From a virus: 64,000 bases of DNA. The notes under the pieces were generated by a model that was given only the letters and a program-made list of their open reading frames with translations, searched no databases and was not told the DNA's origin. Positions 46,028 to 55,173 of the stretch are shown one piece after another. Both the position numbers and the translations under genes were made by a program. Position 1 is the stretch's first letter; every line of letters starts with the position of its first letter. The stretch covers positions 6,227-70,226 of the IMG/VR virus record IMGVR_UViG_3300047445_000457; one strand, 5' to 3'.

Positions 46028-46498
46028 CTACTCCATTTCAGCGGGCAGCACGCCCTTGGCGCGCAGCACCGCACGGCTGAGTGCCTCGGCCAGGTCGAAC
46101 CGGGCCTCGACCGCGGCGCGGGACCAGCCGGCGTTGGCATAGCCACCGTCATAAAAGGCATGGCAGGCGCTGCACCCGATGCACCCGTGTTCGTCCTGCG
46201 CCTTCAAGCCCATCCCTTTTCCATGCTCGTAGCGGTTGGAATGGCACCAGACCGAGGTGGCCGGGTCCCGGTTGCACACACCTTGGAAGCGCAGCGTGCA
46301 TTCCTCGCCGCGCGCCGCGCGCCGGATCGGCGTCATTTGCGGGCCGCGCTGCTTGAGCGGCAGCTTGCGCAAAGGGGTCTCTCGGTTCCTGGCGCGCAGG
46401 GTCGCGGTGCCGGCGCGGTTGAGCGGTGCCGTGCTTGCCCGCATCGGGGTGCGGCGCTGCAGCGGTTTGGTACCAGGCTTGAGAGGCGTGCGTTTCAT
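46028..46498 (-). CDS. DUF1364/YbcO-like nuclease-domain protein
   Basis: ARGEECTLR..GVCN.DP.TSVWCH...GMGLK...CSACH. Confidence 0.85.
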   Translation of the reverse strand: MKRTPLKPGTKPLQRRTPMRASTAPLNRAGTATLRARNRETPLRKLPLKQRGPQMTPIRRAARGEECTLRFQGVCNRDPATSVWCHSNRYEHGKGMGLKAQDEHGCIGCSACHAFYDGGYANAGWSRAAVEARFDLAEALSRAVLRAKGVLPAEME

Positions 46499-46607
46499 GG
46501 TCAGTTCCCACAGAAGCAGTCGGTGCCGCCCGCGTAGCCGTGCATCTGCTGGTACGGGGCGCGGTCGTTGCGGAACAGCTTGAAATCTGTCTGGATAGGG
46601 GTGTCAG

Positions 46608-47072
46608 TCATCGAGTAAATGCCAGTGTCTGCGCGAGCACGTTATCCAGGTCGGTGCGCGTGTAGTTGGTCAGGATGCGGGTGAGCACAACGTCCACCAG
46701 CGCGCTGAACAACGCTTCGCGTTCCGTCTGGTTCATGCGGCCGAAGTCCAGGCTGCGCGCGATCGGGCGCAGCCGCCCCTCGAGGTCCACGTAGACGTCG
46801 CCAAAACCCGCCATGATCGTCACGTCGCGGCGGAAAGCCTCAAAATTCTTGCGTACCGGCTCACCCCGGTAACGCACGTCGCGCGGCTCCCACACGTCAT
46901 AAGCGTGCTGGAGCAACGCGAACAGCTTGCGGTGAAAGCCTGGATGGTTGTACTGCTTGACGGTCGCCTGAAACCCCGCCCCCTCCGGGCAACGGTCGAT
47001 GTAGTCGGCCGTCGGCTGGTCCAGCGGTTCCAGCGCGTAGGCGGTCGACCTGACCAGGTAGAGGGCGGGCAT
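46608..47072 (-). CDS. DUF1367-like protein
   Basis: FHRKLFALL...KNFEAFRRDVTIMAGF...SLDFGRM. Confidence 0.8.
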   Translation of the reverse strand: MPALYLVRSTAYALEPLDQPTADYIDRCPEGAGFQATVKQYNHPGFHRKLFALLQHAYDVWEPRDVRYRGEPVRKNFEAFRRDVTIMAGFGDVYVDLEGRLRPIARSLDFGRMNQTEREALFSALVDVVLTRILTNYTRTDLDNVLAQTLAFTR

Positions 47073-47078
47073 GGGCTG

Positions 47079-47486
47079 TCAGCCGCCCATGCTGTGACGG
47101 GTCACGCCGACGATTCCCTTGGGCAGGGTCGTGTCTTCGGGCGTGAGGCGCTGCACGTTCCCCGCGAACCCGGCGTGCCCCTGCTGCTGCGCCGGCTTCG
47201 TTTCCCGGTCCGGTTCGGCCTGGGTCGCATCCACCAGTTGCGCGGGCGCGGCGGGCCGCGCAGGCACCGGCAGCGCTTCGATCCTGCGCGGGATGAAGTC
47301 GGTGCCGACGTCGGTTTTGGTCGCCTTCGCGTAGTCGATCTCCACCTTGGCGGTGTTGATGATGGTCTGGCCGATGTCGGACACGGCTTTTGCCGTGGCA
47401 ACGTCGATCTTCCCATCCTTCAGCTTGGCCAGTGCCTCGAACAGGTGTTCGCGCAGTCCTTCGATATTGTTGGTTCCGGTGCTCAT
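47079..47486 (-). CDS. Hypothetical protein
   Basis: LREHLFEAL...AKAVSDIGQTIINTAKVEIDY. Confidence 0.75.
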   Translation of the reverse strand: MSTGTNNIEGLREHLFEALAKLKDGKIDVATAKAVSDIGQTIINTAKVEIDYAKATKTDVGTDFIPRRIEALPVPARPAAPAQLVDATQAEPDRETKPAQQQGHAGFAGNVQRLTPEDTTLPKGIVGVTRHSMGG

Positions 47487-48148
47487 CCGGTGCTCCTCTT
47501 GTTGATTTGACGAACCAGCGCACCACGCAATTGCGTCACTTGCACGATCTCTGGCGGGTAGTTGTGGATCGTATTGCGCTGCATGTTTTCGACCAGGCTG
47601 ATGCACTCAACCCGGTCGATCACGATGTCCTGCAGCTCGGTGGTCCTCATGCCGGGCTTGAAAACGACGATGTGTTTGTCCGGCACCGGGCCGTTAAGCT
47701 CGATCCAGACCAGTTCGTGTACGCTGCGCCAGCGCTTGTCGTTGCTGCCCCTGGCGTTGCTGATCTTGCGCTGCAGATAGCCATCGGGGGACAGACGGTA
47801 GCTGCCGATCGGCATGGTGTTGTGCGCGGCCTGGCCAGGCTTGAACCGTGTCGATGCACCCGCCTTGGCGAGCGCCTTCCCCATCGCGCTGGAACCTGGT
47901 CGGCCTTTCTGGAAGCGCGTGGCGGCGCCGCGCACGCCGTCCAGCCGGCCGGATGCGCTGCTTGCCATGAACTCGGCGGTTTTCTTCAGGTCCAGGCTGT
48001 GCGCCTTGGCGTACACCTTCTTCTTCGAGTGGCCAACAATAACCGCCACGTCCTCTGTTTTATAGCGCGGGTAAAGATCCCGCAGAATGCCGATCTGTTC
48101 ATCGGTCCAGACCGCACGCGGCCCCCGAATGCCTCTTGATTTTGTCAT
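47483..48148 (-). CDS. HNH endonuclease-family protein
   Basis: TRFKPGQ, DGYLQRK, HELVWIELNGPVP; partly degenerate HNH core. Confidence 0.8.
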   Translation of the reverse strand: MTKSRGIRGPRAVWTDEQIGILRDLYPRYKTEDVAVIVGHSKKKVYAKAHSLDLKKTAEFMASSASGRLDGVRGAATRFQKGRPGSSAMGKALAKAGASTRFKPGQAAHNTMPIGSYRLSPDGYLQRKISNARGSNDKRWRSVHELVWIELNGPVPDKHIVVFKPGMRTTELQDIVIDRVECISLVENMQRNTIHNYPPEIVQVTQLRGALVRQINKRSTG

Positions 48149-48156
48149 GACGTAAT

Positions 48157-48816
48157 TCAGCCGTTCGGGCCATGCTTGGCCTTCCTGTTGATCGCCCTGG
48201 TCAACAGCCCGCGCATTTGCATGACCCGCACCAGTTCCAAAGGGTAATTATGCAGCGTGATGCGGCTCAGCCACTCCTGGCGGCTGAGCAGTTCCAGATT
48301 TTCGGGGACGAGATTGAAACGGTCCTTGTCGCGGAAGCACAGCACATGCCCGAACGGGACCGGGCCGTTGGCGCGCTCCCATACGACGTGGTGTTCCGGC
48401 TTCCAGGCATCGGGCCAGGATCCTTCCCGTACCTTGACCCAACGATAACCGGCCTGCATCCTGATGCTGCCGACCGGCTTGTAATTAGCTGGACGCTGGC
48501 CTGGGCGGAACCACCCGGCGCTACTGTAGCGCAGCCCCTTGCGACCTTTGGACCATGGCGTACAACCCGGCAAGAACCGGGTGGCGGTGCCGCGCTGCCC
48601 GTCCAGGCGACCGGATGCCGGGCTGTCGAGATAGGCCTGTGTCTTTTGCACGCCGAGGCGTCGCGCTCGGGTGTACAGCGCTTCCACCGTGACGCCGAGG
48701 CTCGCCGCCAGCGTGGCGGTCAGTTCATGCGGATAGCGATCGCGGACCACCTGCTCCCGCTCGGAAGTCCAATCCTGGCGCGGCGTGGCCAGCTTGCGGG
48801 TTTCGTTTTTTGTCAT
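48157..48816 (-). CDS. HNH endonuclease-family protein (tandem paralog)
   Basis: HHVVWERANGPVP...FRDKDRFNLVPENLEL. Confidence 0.85.
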   Translation of the reverse strand: MTKNETRKLATPRQDWTSEREQVVRDRYPHELTATLAASLGVTVEALYTRARRLGVQKTQAYLDSPASGRLDGQRGTATRFLPGCTPWSKGRKGLRYSSAGWFRPGQRPANYKPVGSIRMQAGYRWVKVREGSWPDAWKPEHHVVWERANGPVPFGHVLCFRDKDRFNLVPENLELLSRQEWLSRITLHNYPLELVRVMQMRGLLTRAINRKAKHGPNG

Positions 48817-49181
48817 GACGTAATCTTGCGGGACTGTCCGAAGAGGGCAGCTACCAGGTCCATGCGTTTCACCGGGTCTGGGCGCAGGGCACTGGACGCC
48901 CTCCGCGGCAGAATGACCGGGCGGTGGGACGGCAGAGGCTCAAGGCCGGGTGCCACCTGGTAGGTATTCGGCAGCGAGCCGTGAACGCCGATTTGGCTGG
49001 GCACGGTCCTGATGATGCGTTTCATCCTGCGCAAGTCCAGCGTGTAGCCGTTCAGGGTGGTGTGCTTGATGCATAGGGCGACTCCGATCTGGCGTGCAGT
49101 GCAGTGCGGGTGGTCAGCGATGTATTGCTCGACACGCTGAAGCGCAACGATCCGGCCCACCGTAATGACATTCTTGCGCAT
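48813..49181 (-). CDS. Winged-helix protein, first gene of the leftward early operon
   Basis: YIADHPHCTARQIGVAL...YTLDL. Confidence 0.65.
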   Translation of the reverse strand: MRKNVITVGRIVALQRVEQYIADHPHCTARQIGVALCIKHTTLNGYTLDLRRMKRIIRTVPSQIGVHGSLPNTYQVAPGLEPLPSHRPVILPRRASSALRPDPVKRMDLVAALFGQSRKITS

Positions 49182-49392
49182 GACAAACTCACCAATCAGT
49201 GTGCGTGAAGAAAACGGGATTGCGATAGCCGGGCAACCAGTCGATGTAAAACAAGTCCTCGATGGTCATCCATATTCCCAATCCTCACATATGTGTAGAT
49301 ACTTTGCAATACTTGCCCACAAATCACAGAAAAATTCTTTTCCGCGGTCTATAATCCAGCGCACGATGCTTGATGTTTTTCTGGGAAATCTT

Positions 49393-49821
49393 ATGATGAC
49401 TAAATCTACTGAACAACGCTTAGCAGCCCGAAAGGCGTTGGCAGAGCGGTGTACATGGGCACGTAAGCGACTAAGAATTTCACTTATGGAAGTAGCTCGA
49501 CGTGCCGGCGTAGCGGAGAGCGTCATCGGCAACGCCGAAGGCGGGCGAAACGAGACGATTCGCAGAATTACCGAGGTCGCACGCGCGCTAGAGGTGAACC
49601 CTTACTGGCTGGCGACCGGGGAGGGTGCCTACGATGATCCAGTGGAGCAGGATGCGCTGCCGCTACCTGAACAGTTCAGGGACCTTCCCAGGAACGAAAT
49701 CGTCATGGCCATGGAGTGGTTATCACTCTGGCGTGGGGCCGACCCACTGACACGCGGCCTGATTGAGAGCACCTTTGCCGTGGCCGGCCGAAGGGACCAG
49801 CCAGCGCAACGCTACGCATAG
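49393..49821 (+). CDS. CI-like XRE HTH repressor without peptidase domain
   Basis: SLMEVARRAGVAESVIGNAEGG...VARALEVNPYWLATGEG; divergent from the early operon. Confidence 0.85.
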   Translation: MMTKSTEQRLAARKALAERCTWARKRLRISLMEVARRAGVAESVIGNAEGGRNETIRRITEVARALEVNPYWLATGEGAYDDPVEQDALPLPEQFRDLPRNEIVMAMEWLSLWRGADPLTRGLIESTFAVAGRRDQPAQRYA

Positions 49822-49826
49822 CACGC

Positions 49827-50021
49827 TCAGTTGCACCTTACGAGCCGCAGCCCCCGCTGCGGCTTTTTCATTCCATGGTTCGGATATCGCGCGCCCATTT
49901 CTTGAGCGAGTGCCAGCAGCAAATGCTTGGCCTCTGGCGCGATCCGCGCCACCGCATCCGCCACCTGCGCATCCATGTCATCCGCTTGGGAAATACGATC
50001 GGATGTGGTCACGATAATCAT
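49827..50021 (-). CDS. Small hypothetical protein
   Basis: About 64 aa convergent with the repressor; start uncertain. Confidence 0.45.
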   Translation of the reverse strand: MIIVTTSDRISQADDMDAQVADAVARIAPEAKHLLLALAQEMGARYPNHGMKKPQRGLRLVRCN

Positions 50022-50197
50022 AGTCGTCCAGTTATTTCTAAACAATGTTACGTCGGGAATATATAGGATATTGACGGTCGGTATCACATCCGTCAATCCT
50101 TGTAGGATTCCTCCTACCACACGGTAAGTTTTCCGACTACAAGAGCACGACCCCAGATTGTAACGCTGATCCCTGCACCGCCGCAGGATGCCCGTTT

Positions 50198-50227
50198 TTG
50201 ACATGAGTGCCTCACATACGTGAGGAT
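50198..50227 (+). promoter_or_regulatory. Early rightward promoter overlapped by a palindromic operator
   Basis: TTGACA...GAGGAT; CCTCAC-ATAC-GTGAGG at 50210-50225. Confidence 0.6.
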
Positions 50228-50263
50228 CGGACGCATCCGAGGCACTCCCCAAAGGGCGCAGCA

Positions 50264-50440
50264 ATGACCGCAAACAAGCCATCCCGGCCCGATCCCGAGC
50301 AGGTGATCGACGCGCTGCTCAACGCCGCCATCAAGGCCCGCATGGACCTGCAGGCATGGATGAAAAATTACGGATCCGATATCGGGACCGAACTCCTGGT
50401 ATCGGAGCTCGACGCCGCGATCCGCAAAGCCCGCCTCTAA
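50264..50440 (+). CDS. Hypothetical protein
   Basis: 58 aa, first ORF after the promoter. Confidence 0.6.
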   Translation: MTANKPSRPDPEQVIDALLNAAIKARMDLQAWMKNYGSDIGTELLVSELDAAIRKARL

Positions 50441-50476
50441 AGCCGGCCGCCAGGCCACCAACCTGAGAGAGCATCT

Positions 50477-50962
50477 ATGCAAACGACCTCCCCTGATGAC
50501 GGAGCGGCGCCACCGGTGCGCCCCGATCCAGCCGAACTCGCTTACCTGCGCGGCGTTCTCGAGGACGAAACCGAGCTTGCCCACCTGCTGCGCTGGGGTA
50601 ACGTCGAGGCGCCAACGGTCCTGACGCCGAATATGTGGCTGTGGGGTACGCGCGCCGGCGAGCGCGGCCTGACGGCGCTGCTGGCCACCACCCCGCTACC
50701 GCGCTGGCGTCGCAAATGGGGCTGCGCCGGCGAGCTGGTGGCCAAGTGCGGCCTCATCATCTTGCAAGGCTCCACATCGGTGACTGTGATGGCCCGCAGC
50801 GGCGCCGCAATCGTCGCCAACTTCTCCGACTTCCCAAGTGTTGACCAGGCGATTTTCTACGCCATGTGCAAGGCCTCGATCGCCTACCTGAAAGCGGCGC
50901 GCAGCGCGCAGGCGGCGTCCACGGCCTACCTGTCCCAGTACATCCGGGGGGCAGAACTGTGA
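50477..50962 (+). CDS. Hypothetical protein
   Basis: 161 aa, coupled to the next gene. Confidence 0.65.
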   Translation: MQTTSPDDGAAPPVRPDPAELAYLRGVLEDETELAHLLRWGNVEAPTVLTPNMWLWGTRAGERGLTALLATTPLPRWRRKWGCAGELVAKCGLIILQGSTSVTVMARSGAAIVANFSDFPSVDQAIFYAMCKASIAYLKAARSAQAASTAYLSQYIRGAEL

Positions 50963-51456
50963 GCGAGCAAAAACGCACCCACTGGAAGGAGCTGGCGGAC
51001 CCGCGCTACATCGGCGCCTACGCCCTGCCGAACGGCGATGATCTGACGGTGACGATCACGCGCGTGCAGCGCGAGGAAGTGACGGTCGACGGCGGCCGCA
51101 AGGAGGAACACACCGTTGTCTACTTGCAGGATCAGAAGCCGTTAATCTTGAACGCGACCAACGGCAAGACGATCGCGCGCCTATACGGGCCGTACATCGA
51201 GGAGTGGGTTAACAAGCGGATCACGCTGTTCGGCAGCACCGCCAGGCTCGGCAACGACTTGGTGGAATGCCTGCGGATCCGCCCATCGGTGCCGGCCGCT
51301 TCAAAAAAGGGCATCAGCGCGGATCGCCTGGCGCGCGCGATCGAGCAGATCAAGGCCGGCACCTACACCCTGGCGAAGCTGCGCGCCGGCTTCGCGCTCA
51401 CCGAGGCGCAGGAGCGCCAGGTGACTGAACTCGAGGGAGTGCCGGCCGATGAATAA
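50959..51456 (+). CDS. Recombination-module protein (probable ssDNA binding/annealing)
   Basis: THWK...YIGAYAL...KPLILNATN...IEEW; adjacent to the exonuclease. Confidence 0.65.
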   Translation: MSEQKRTHWKELADPRYIGAYALPNGDDLTVTITRVQREEVTVDGGRKEEHTVVYLQDQKPLILNATNGKTIARLYGPYIEEWVNKRITLFGSTARLGNDLVECLRIRPSVPAASKKGISADRLARAIEQIKAGTYTLAKLRAGFALTEAQERQVTELEGVPADE

Positions 51457-52189
51457 CTTCCATTTTCGCTGCTCATCGCTGGGCCTCATCATGACCGATC
51501 CGCTGTCGATCGAAGAACAGCACGTTACCGACGAAATCGCCGCGATCCAACGGAAGAAGACCCGTACCGACGAGGAAAAGGCACTGCTGCAGGCAGCGAA
51601 AGACAAAAGCCTGTCCGCCGGCGCCAAGACGTTCCTGGAAACGCTGGCCAAGGAATACGTGTACGGCTACCACGAGGTCGTTTCCACGAAATACATGGAA
51701 AAAGGGCTGATCGTGGAAGACCAGGCGATCCAGCTCTATAACTCGGTCTATTTCACCGACTACGTGAAAAACACGGTCCGGCTGACGGACGAGCACATCA
51801 CCGGCGAATGCGACATCATCGTGCCAGGCGTGAAGGGTATCGACATCAAATCCTCCTGGTCGAAACCCACGTTCCCGGCCACTGCCGAAGTCGGGGCAGA
51901 CAAACTCTATGAGTGGCAGTGCCGCGGCTATATGAAGCTGTGGAACGTCCCCGAGTGGGAGGTGGCCTACTGCCTGGTCAACACGCCGGACGAGCTGATC
52001 CGGTATGAGCAGCCCGATCTGCACTACATGGACGATATTGACGAGGCGCTGCGGGTGACAGTCGTGCGCTACCAGCGCGACCTGGAACTGGAGGCCAAGA
52101 TCGCCACCAAGGTGGAAGCGGCCCGCCGCTACCTGGACGAAGCGGTGGCCAGGATCTACCGGCAGCACAACATGCCAGCAGCGGCGTAG
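51449..52189 (+). CDS. Lambda-exonuclease/YqaJ-like nuclease
   Basis: RCSS, MEKG..VE, TGECD, DIKSS and YEWQCRGYM motifs. Confidence 0.85.
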   Translation: MNNFHFRCSSLGLIMTDPLSIEEQHVTDEIAAIQRKKTRTDEEKALLQAAKDKSLSAGAKTFLETLAKEYVYGYHEVVSTKYMEKGLIVEDQAIQLYNSVYFTDYVKNTVRLTDEHITGECDIIVPGVKGIDIKSSWSKPTFPATAEVGADKLYEWQCRGYMKLWNVPEWEVAYCLVNTPDELIRYEQPDLHYMDDIDEALRVTVVRYQRDLELEAKIATKVEAARRYLDEAVARIYRQHNMPAAA

Positions 52190-52200
52190 GGCGTCGCCCT

Positions 52201-52308
52201 GCGGAAGCGTGGCTTCCGGGGGGGCGGAAATTCATTCCCAAATTTTCGCACTGCTTTTCCAGTTTTCGGAAAAGCGTTTCCGCAGGGGCGGAAATGGCGC
52301 TTCCGGTG
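52201..52308. repeat. CGGAA-Nn-TTCCG palindrome array downstream of rep
   Basis: cggaagcgtggcttccg, cggaaaagcgtttccg, cggaaatggcgcttccg. Confidence 0.75.
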
Positions 52309-52950
52309 TCAGGTCCGCTTGCGCAGGGGTGCCGAGAAGCGTTCGATCTGCTTGACCGCCTCCTCCAGCTCGGAGTCGGCGGTCTTGGCGGGCAGGTCTG
52401 GTTCCATGCCGTCGATATGGGGCTGGCTCGGCGGATCCAGGCCCGGCCCGGTCGGCAACTGGCGTTCGTTGGAAAAGAGCAGCGGGATCTTGCGCAGGTC
52501 CGTGCGCTCGATGGTCATCCTGTCCTGGTCATCCCGGTCCGCGATCACCTGGGCCGAGAAGATCGAGAGGTGCATCTTGTCCCGCGATTCGCCCCATGAG
52601 ACCTGATCGTTGACTACATAGGCCATGACGGTGCCGGGACCATTCAGCTTCACGGTGCTGATCCATCGGTCTGCCACCAGCACCTGTACTGCCGTGCGGA
52701 TTGTCCTGTCGGTGACGCCCATCATCTTGGCCAGCATTTTCTGGCCGACGACGACGGCGTTCCGCGGCCCCATGTGGGCCACCAGTAGGTGCAGCAGTGC
52801 GGCGGCGCGCGGTGCCTTCACCGACAGCAGCGCCCATGCTTCGTGCGCCTCGCGCTCAGTCATCACGAAGGTGGCAAAAGACGTGCCGGCCGGGGTGCCA
52901 AGTCTGGCAGGAACCAGCTTGTCGGATGGATTATCGGGAGATGTTTGCAT
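52309..52950 (-). CDS. rep: pBBR1-type plasmid replication initiator
   Basis: TEREAHEAWA, NAVVV, KLNGPGTV.AYVVND and QLPTGPG..PPSQP.I.GMEPDLPA match pBBR1 Rep as I recall it. Confidence 0.85.
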   Translation of the reverse strand: MQTSPDNPSDKLVPARLGTPAGTSFATFVMTEREAHEAWALLSVKAPRAAALLHLLVAHMGPRNAVVVGQKMLAKMMGVTDRTIRTAVQVLVADRWISTVKLNGPGTVMAYVVNDQVSWGESRDKMHLSIFSAQVIADRDDQDRMTIERTDLRKIPLLFSNERQLPTGPGLDPPSQPHIDGMEPDLPAKTADSELEEAVKQIERFSAPLRKRT

Positions 52951-53034
52951 CTTTTCGGAAAGGGGGCACACAGAACTTGCATGAGTATGCCGAGAATTGG
53001 CGTTAACTGCAATCAGGGATTGTTGCAATGGCCA

Positions 53035-53135
53035 GGTGCGGAAGCCGGGCTTCCGGGGGTGCGGAAATAGCTTGTTTCCGAGGGTGAAGAAACAAGCTGT
53101 TTCCGGGGGTGCGGAAGCCCTGCTTCCTGGGGGTG
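53035..53135. repeat. CGGAA-Nn-TTCCG palindrome array upstream of rep
   Basis: Four units at 23-25 bp spacing separated by GGGGT(G)-like spacers. Confidence 0.8.
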
Positions 53136-53441
53136 GGGTGTAAGTGATTGATTTATCGAAAGTTCTTTTGCGGCTCTCTTGATCTCGGGCCGCGTGTCGC
53201 GCCGACTTCTCGATTCTTTGCAAGCTTTTAACTAACGCGCGCTGCGCGCTTGTTGCCGCACCGGTTTGCGCAGCAAACCGGCGCGGTGGGTGGAAGCGGT
53301 GGCCAGTATCTATCGGCAGAACAACATGATGCGCGTGGCATGACTCGGCGATTGTCCCGGCGGGTAGTTTCCGGCTATCATCGAATGGTTCACCGCCAAG
53401 TTAGCTACAGGATGATAAAGCAATCCACAAAGGAGACGCTT

Positions 53442-54503
53442 ATGCAGCGCACCGCCGCTGCATCCATGCGCAAGTACACGCCGGTCCAGTTAGCGTTCTG
53501 GCCGGACGAGCGCAGGGCGATCGCCAACGAACTGGCGCGCTGTGCGCTGTTCCGCTGCGGCTCCACGCGCAAGCCGCGCCAGCAATTCGACAACCATAGC
53601 CTGTTTGTGCTCGGCAGCGGCAAAGTCACCTATACCGGCGAGGAACTGCGCAGCCTCGACGAGGATTTGTTCATGGCATTGGCCCATGCGGCGCGCCGGA
53701 TGTCGGTCGACTGCCTGACAGTCAAACTGAGCAACGCCCAAATCTGCAAGCTAACCGGACGGCACCAGTCGCAGGTTTATTACAACGAGATTTTCAGGTC
53801 GATCCAGCGGATGCGGGGCGGGACCATCACCGTGTTTTCCGCGCGCCTGACGAAGGCGCTGGCCTGCGAGAAGGCACGGGAGGAGGGCGCTGCACCGGAA
53901 GTGCTGTACCGCCTGTTCGCGGAACTGGCAGAGTTCGAGCGCCGCGAAGCGCTGAAACTGCTGACGCCGAACGACAAGATAACCGGCGTCATGATGTCCC
54001 TGATCGAAGGCGACCCGGTGTTCACCAACGTAGGCACGATAGTCGACAATATCCCGCAAGGCAATCTGCAATGGGAAATCATGCTCAACAAGAAACTGGT
54101 CATGCTTTTTGCAGAGGCCTACCTGACGCATATTGATTTTGAAGCGCGCAAGGAGCTGTCTCCGGGTGCGCGCCGCCTGCAGTCTTATTTTTCCAGCCAT
54201 CGCAATCCAAACGACGTACTCGTCAGCTCCCTGGCGCAGTACGTCGGCCTTGAACTGAGTTCACGCGAAGAAGTGCGGACGATACAGCGCTACCTGGATG
54301 AGCTGGTGAAGGTCGGGATCCTGGAAACCGGCGTGATCGTGCCGGCGGCCCGGAAGGGCAGCAAGCTGGTACAAGTAACACGCCCTACTACTAAAAACGA
54401 CACACAAGAGGGACAAAACGACCCACCAGCAAAGTCGGCGGAACTAAAAACCACACACAACGAGCTAAAATCGAACACGCTTTTACTTAAAATGACACCG
54501 TGA
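53442..54503 (+). CDS. trfA: TrfA-family (IncP-like) replication initiator
   Basis: AAGGAG SD; QLAFWP clamp-type motif, RAIANELARCALF, VTYTGEELRSLDED, YFSSHRNP. Confidence 0.85.
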   Translation: MQRTAAASMRKYTPVQLAFWPDERRAIANELARCALFRCGSTRKPRQQFDNHSLFVLGSGKVTYTGEELRSLDEDLFMALAHAARRMSVDCLTVKLSNAQICKLTGRHQSQVYYNEIFRSIQRMRGGTITVFSARLTKALACEKAREEGAAPEVLYRLFAELAEFERREALKLLTPNDKITGVMMSLIEGDPVFTNVGTIVDNIPQGNLQWEIMLNKKLVMLFAEAYLTHIDFEARKELSPGARRLQSYFSSHRNPNDVLVSSLAQYVGLELSSREEVRTIQRYLDELVKVGILETGVIVPAARKGSKLVQVTRPTTKNDTQEGQNDPPAKSAELKTTHNELKSNTLLLKMTP

Positions 54504-54519
54504 TTGCTAAAAACGACAC
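54391..54519 (+). repeat. Iteron array, consensus CTAAAAACGACAC
   Basis: Units at 54391, about 54412, 54444, 54465, 54486, 54507; inverted copy at 54779-54791. Confidence 0.85.
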
Positions 54520-55009
54520 CAGGCACATCTGGAAATAAACTTTACAATCAAAGAGTTACGTAATCCATCCACAGCGTTAACCGCTTTTAACCACTTTAAC
54601 CACTTAACGCCAACAAACAATTCTAGGATTTATCACAATTTCCTAACTAACAAGTAAATGGGTGAATTGTTAGAAAGATGGATGCCACAGCGAAACTAAT
54701 ACGCGAAAAGTTGTCAATAAGACGCTACTAACAACAACTTTCAGTGGCAAATTGCAGGTAACGCAAGCTGTAAAGCGTGGGTCATTTTTAGCGCCAAAAT
54801 TCTAGGTTCGCGGTTAAAACAATTCTACAATTCGCAGCCCTCACATTCGTGAGCCATCCAAGCGGCTCTACTGCCAACGACTGGCAACTTCCTTCCTCCG
54901 AGCACGCTATTCCGTAACCGAATTTCTCATCGCCCGTCCACGCTGTTTAAGAGGAGTGCGTTCTAAAAAAAAAGGGATTTTGTTAAAAAAATTTTGTTCA
55001 AACATAACT
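54520..55009. other. AT-rich non-coding region, putative oriV unwinding element
   Basis: Sharp GC drop; TTAACC(A/G)CT repeats at about 54577-54605; follows the iterons. Confidence 0.7.
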
Positions 55010-55037
55010 ATTTGACATAATGTAAGTTATGCGCGGT
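55010..55037 (-). other. XerC/XerD dif-like recombination site
   Basis: Minus strand ACCGCGCATAA-CTTACA-TTATGTCAAAT versus E. coli dif GGTGCGCATAA-TGTATA-TTATGTTAAAT. Confidence 0.85.
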
Positions 55038-55173
55038 CTCTGAACCTTGCTTTTCGGAAGCATGTTGTACAAATGTTTTTTTAACTTGTGCTATTGCTAA
55101 ATCGCAAAAGTGACTGCTAGAATCACATTTGTGGGGATGAAGACCAACCGAATCAATATCACAGGAAACGCAG

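Noticed and set aside
47483-48816. HNH genes as intron-encoded homing endonucleases
   Set aside because: Free-standing, coupled in an operon, no interrupted gene evident
52201-54519. Repeat arrays as CRISPR
   Set aside because: Degenerate short units with tiny spacers next to replication initiators; no cas genes
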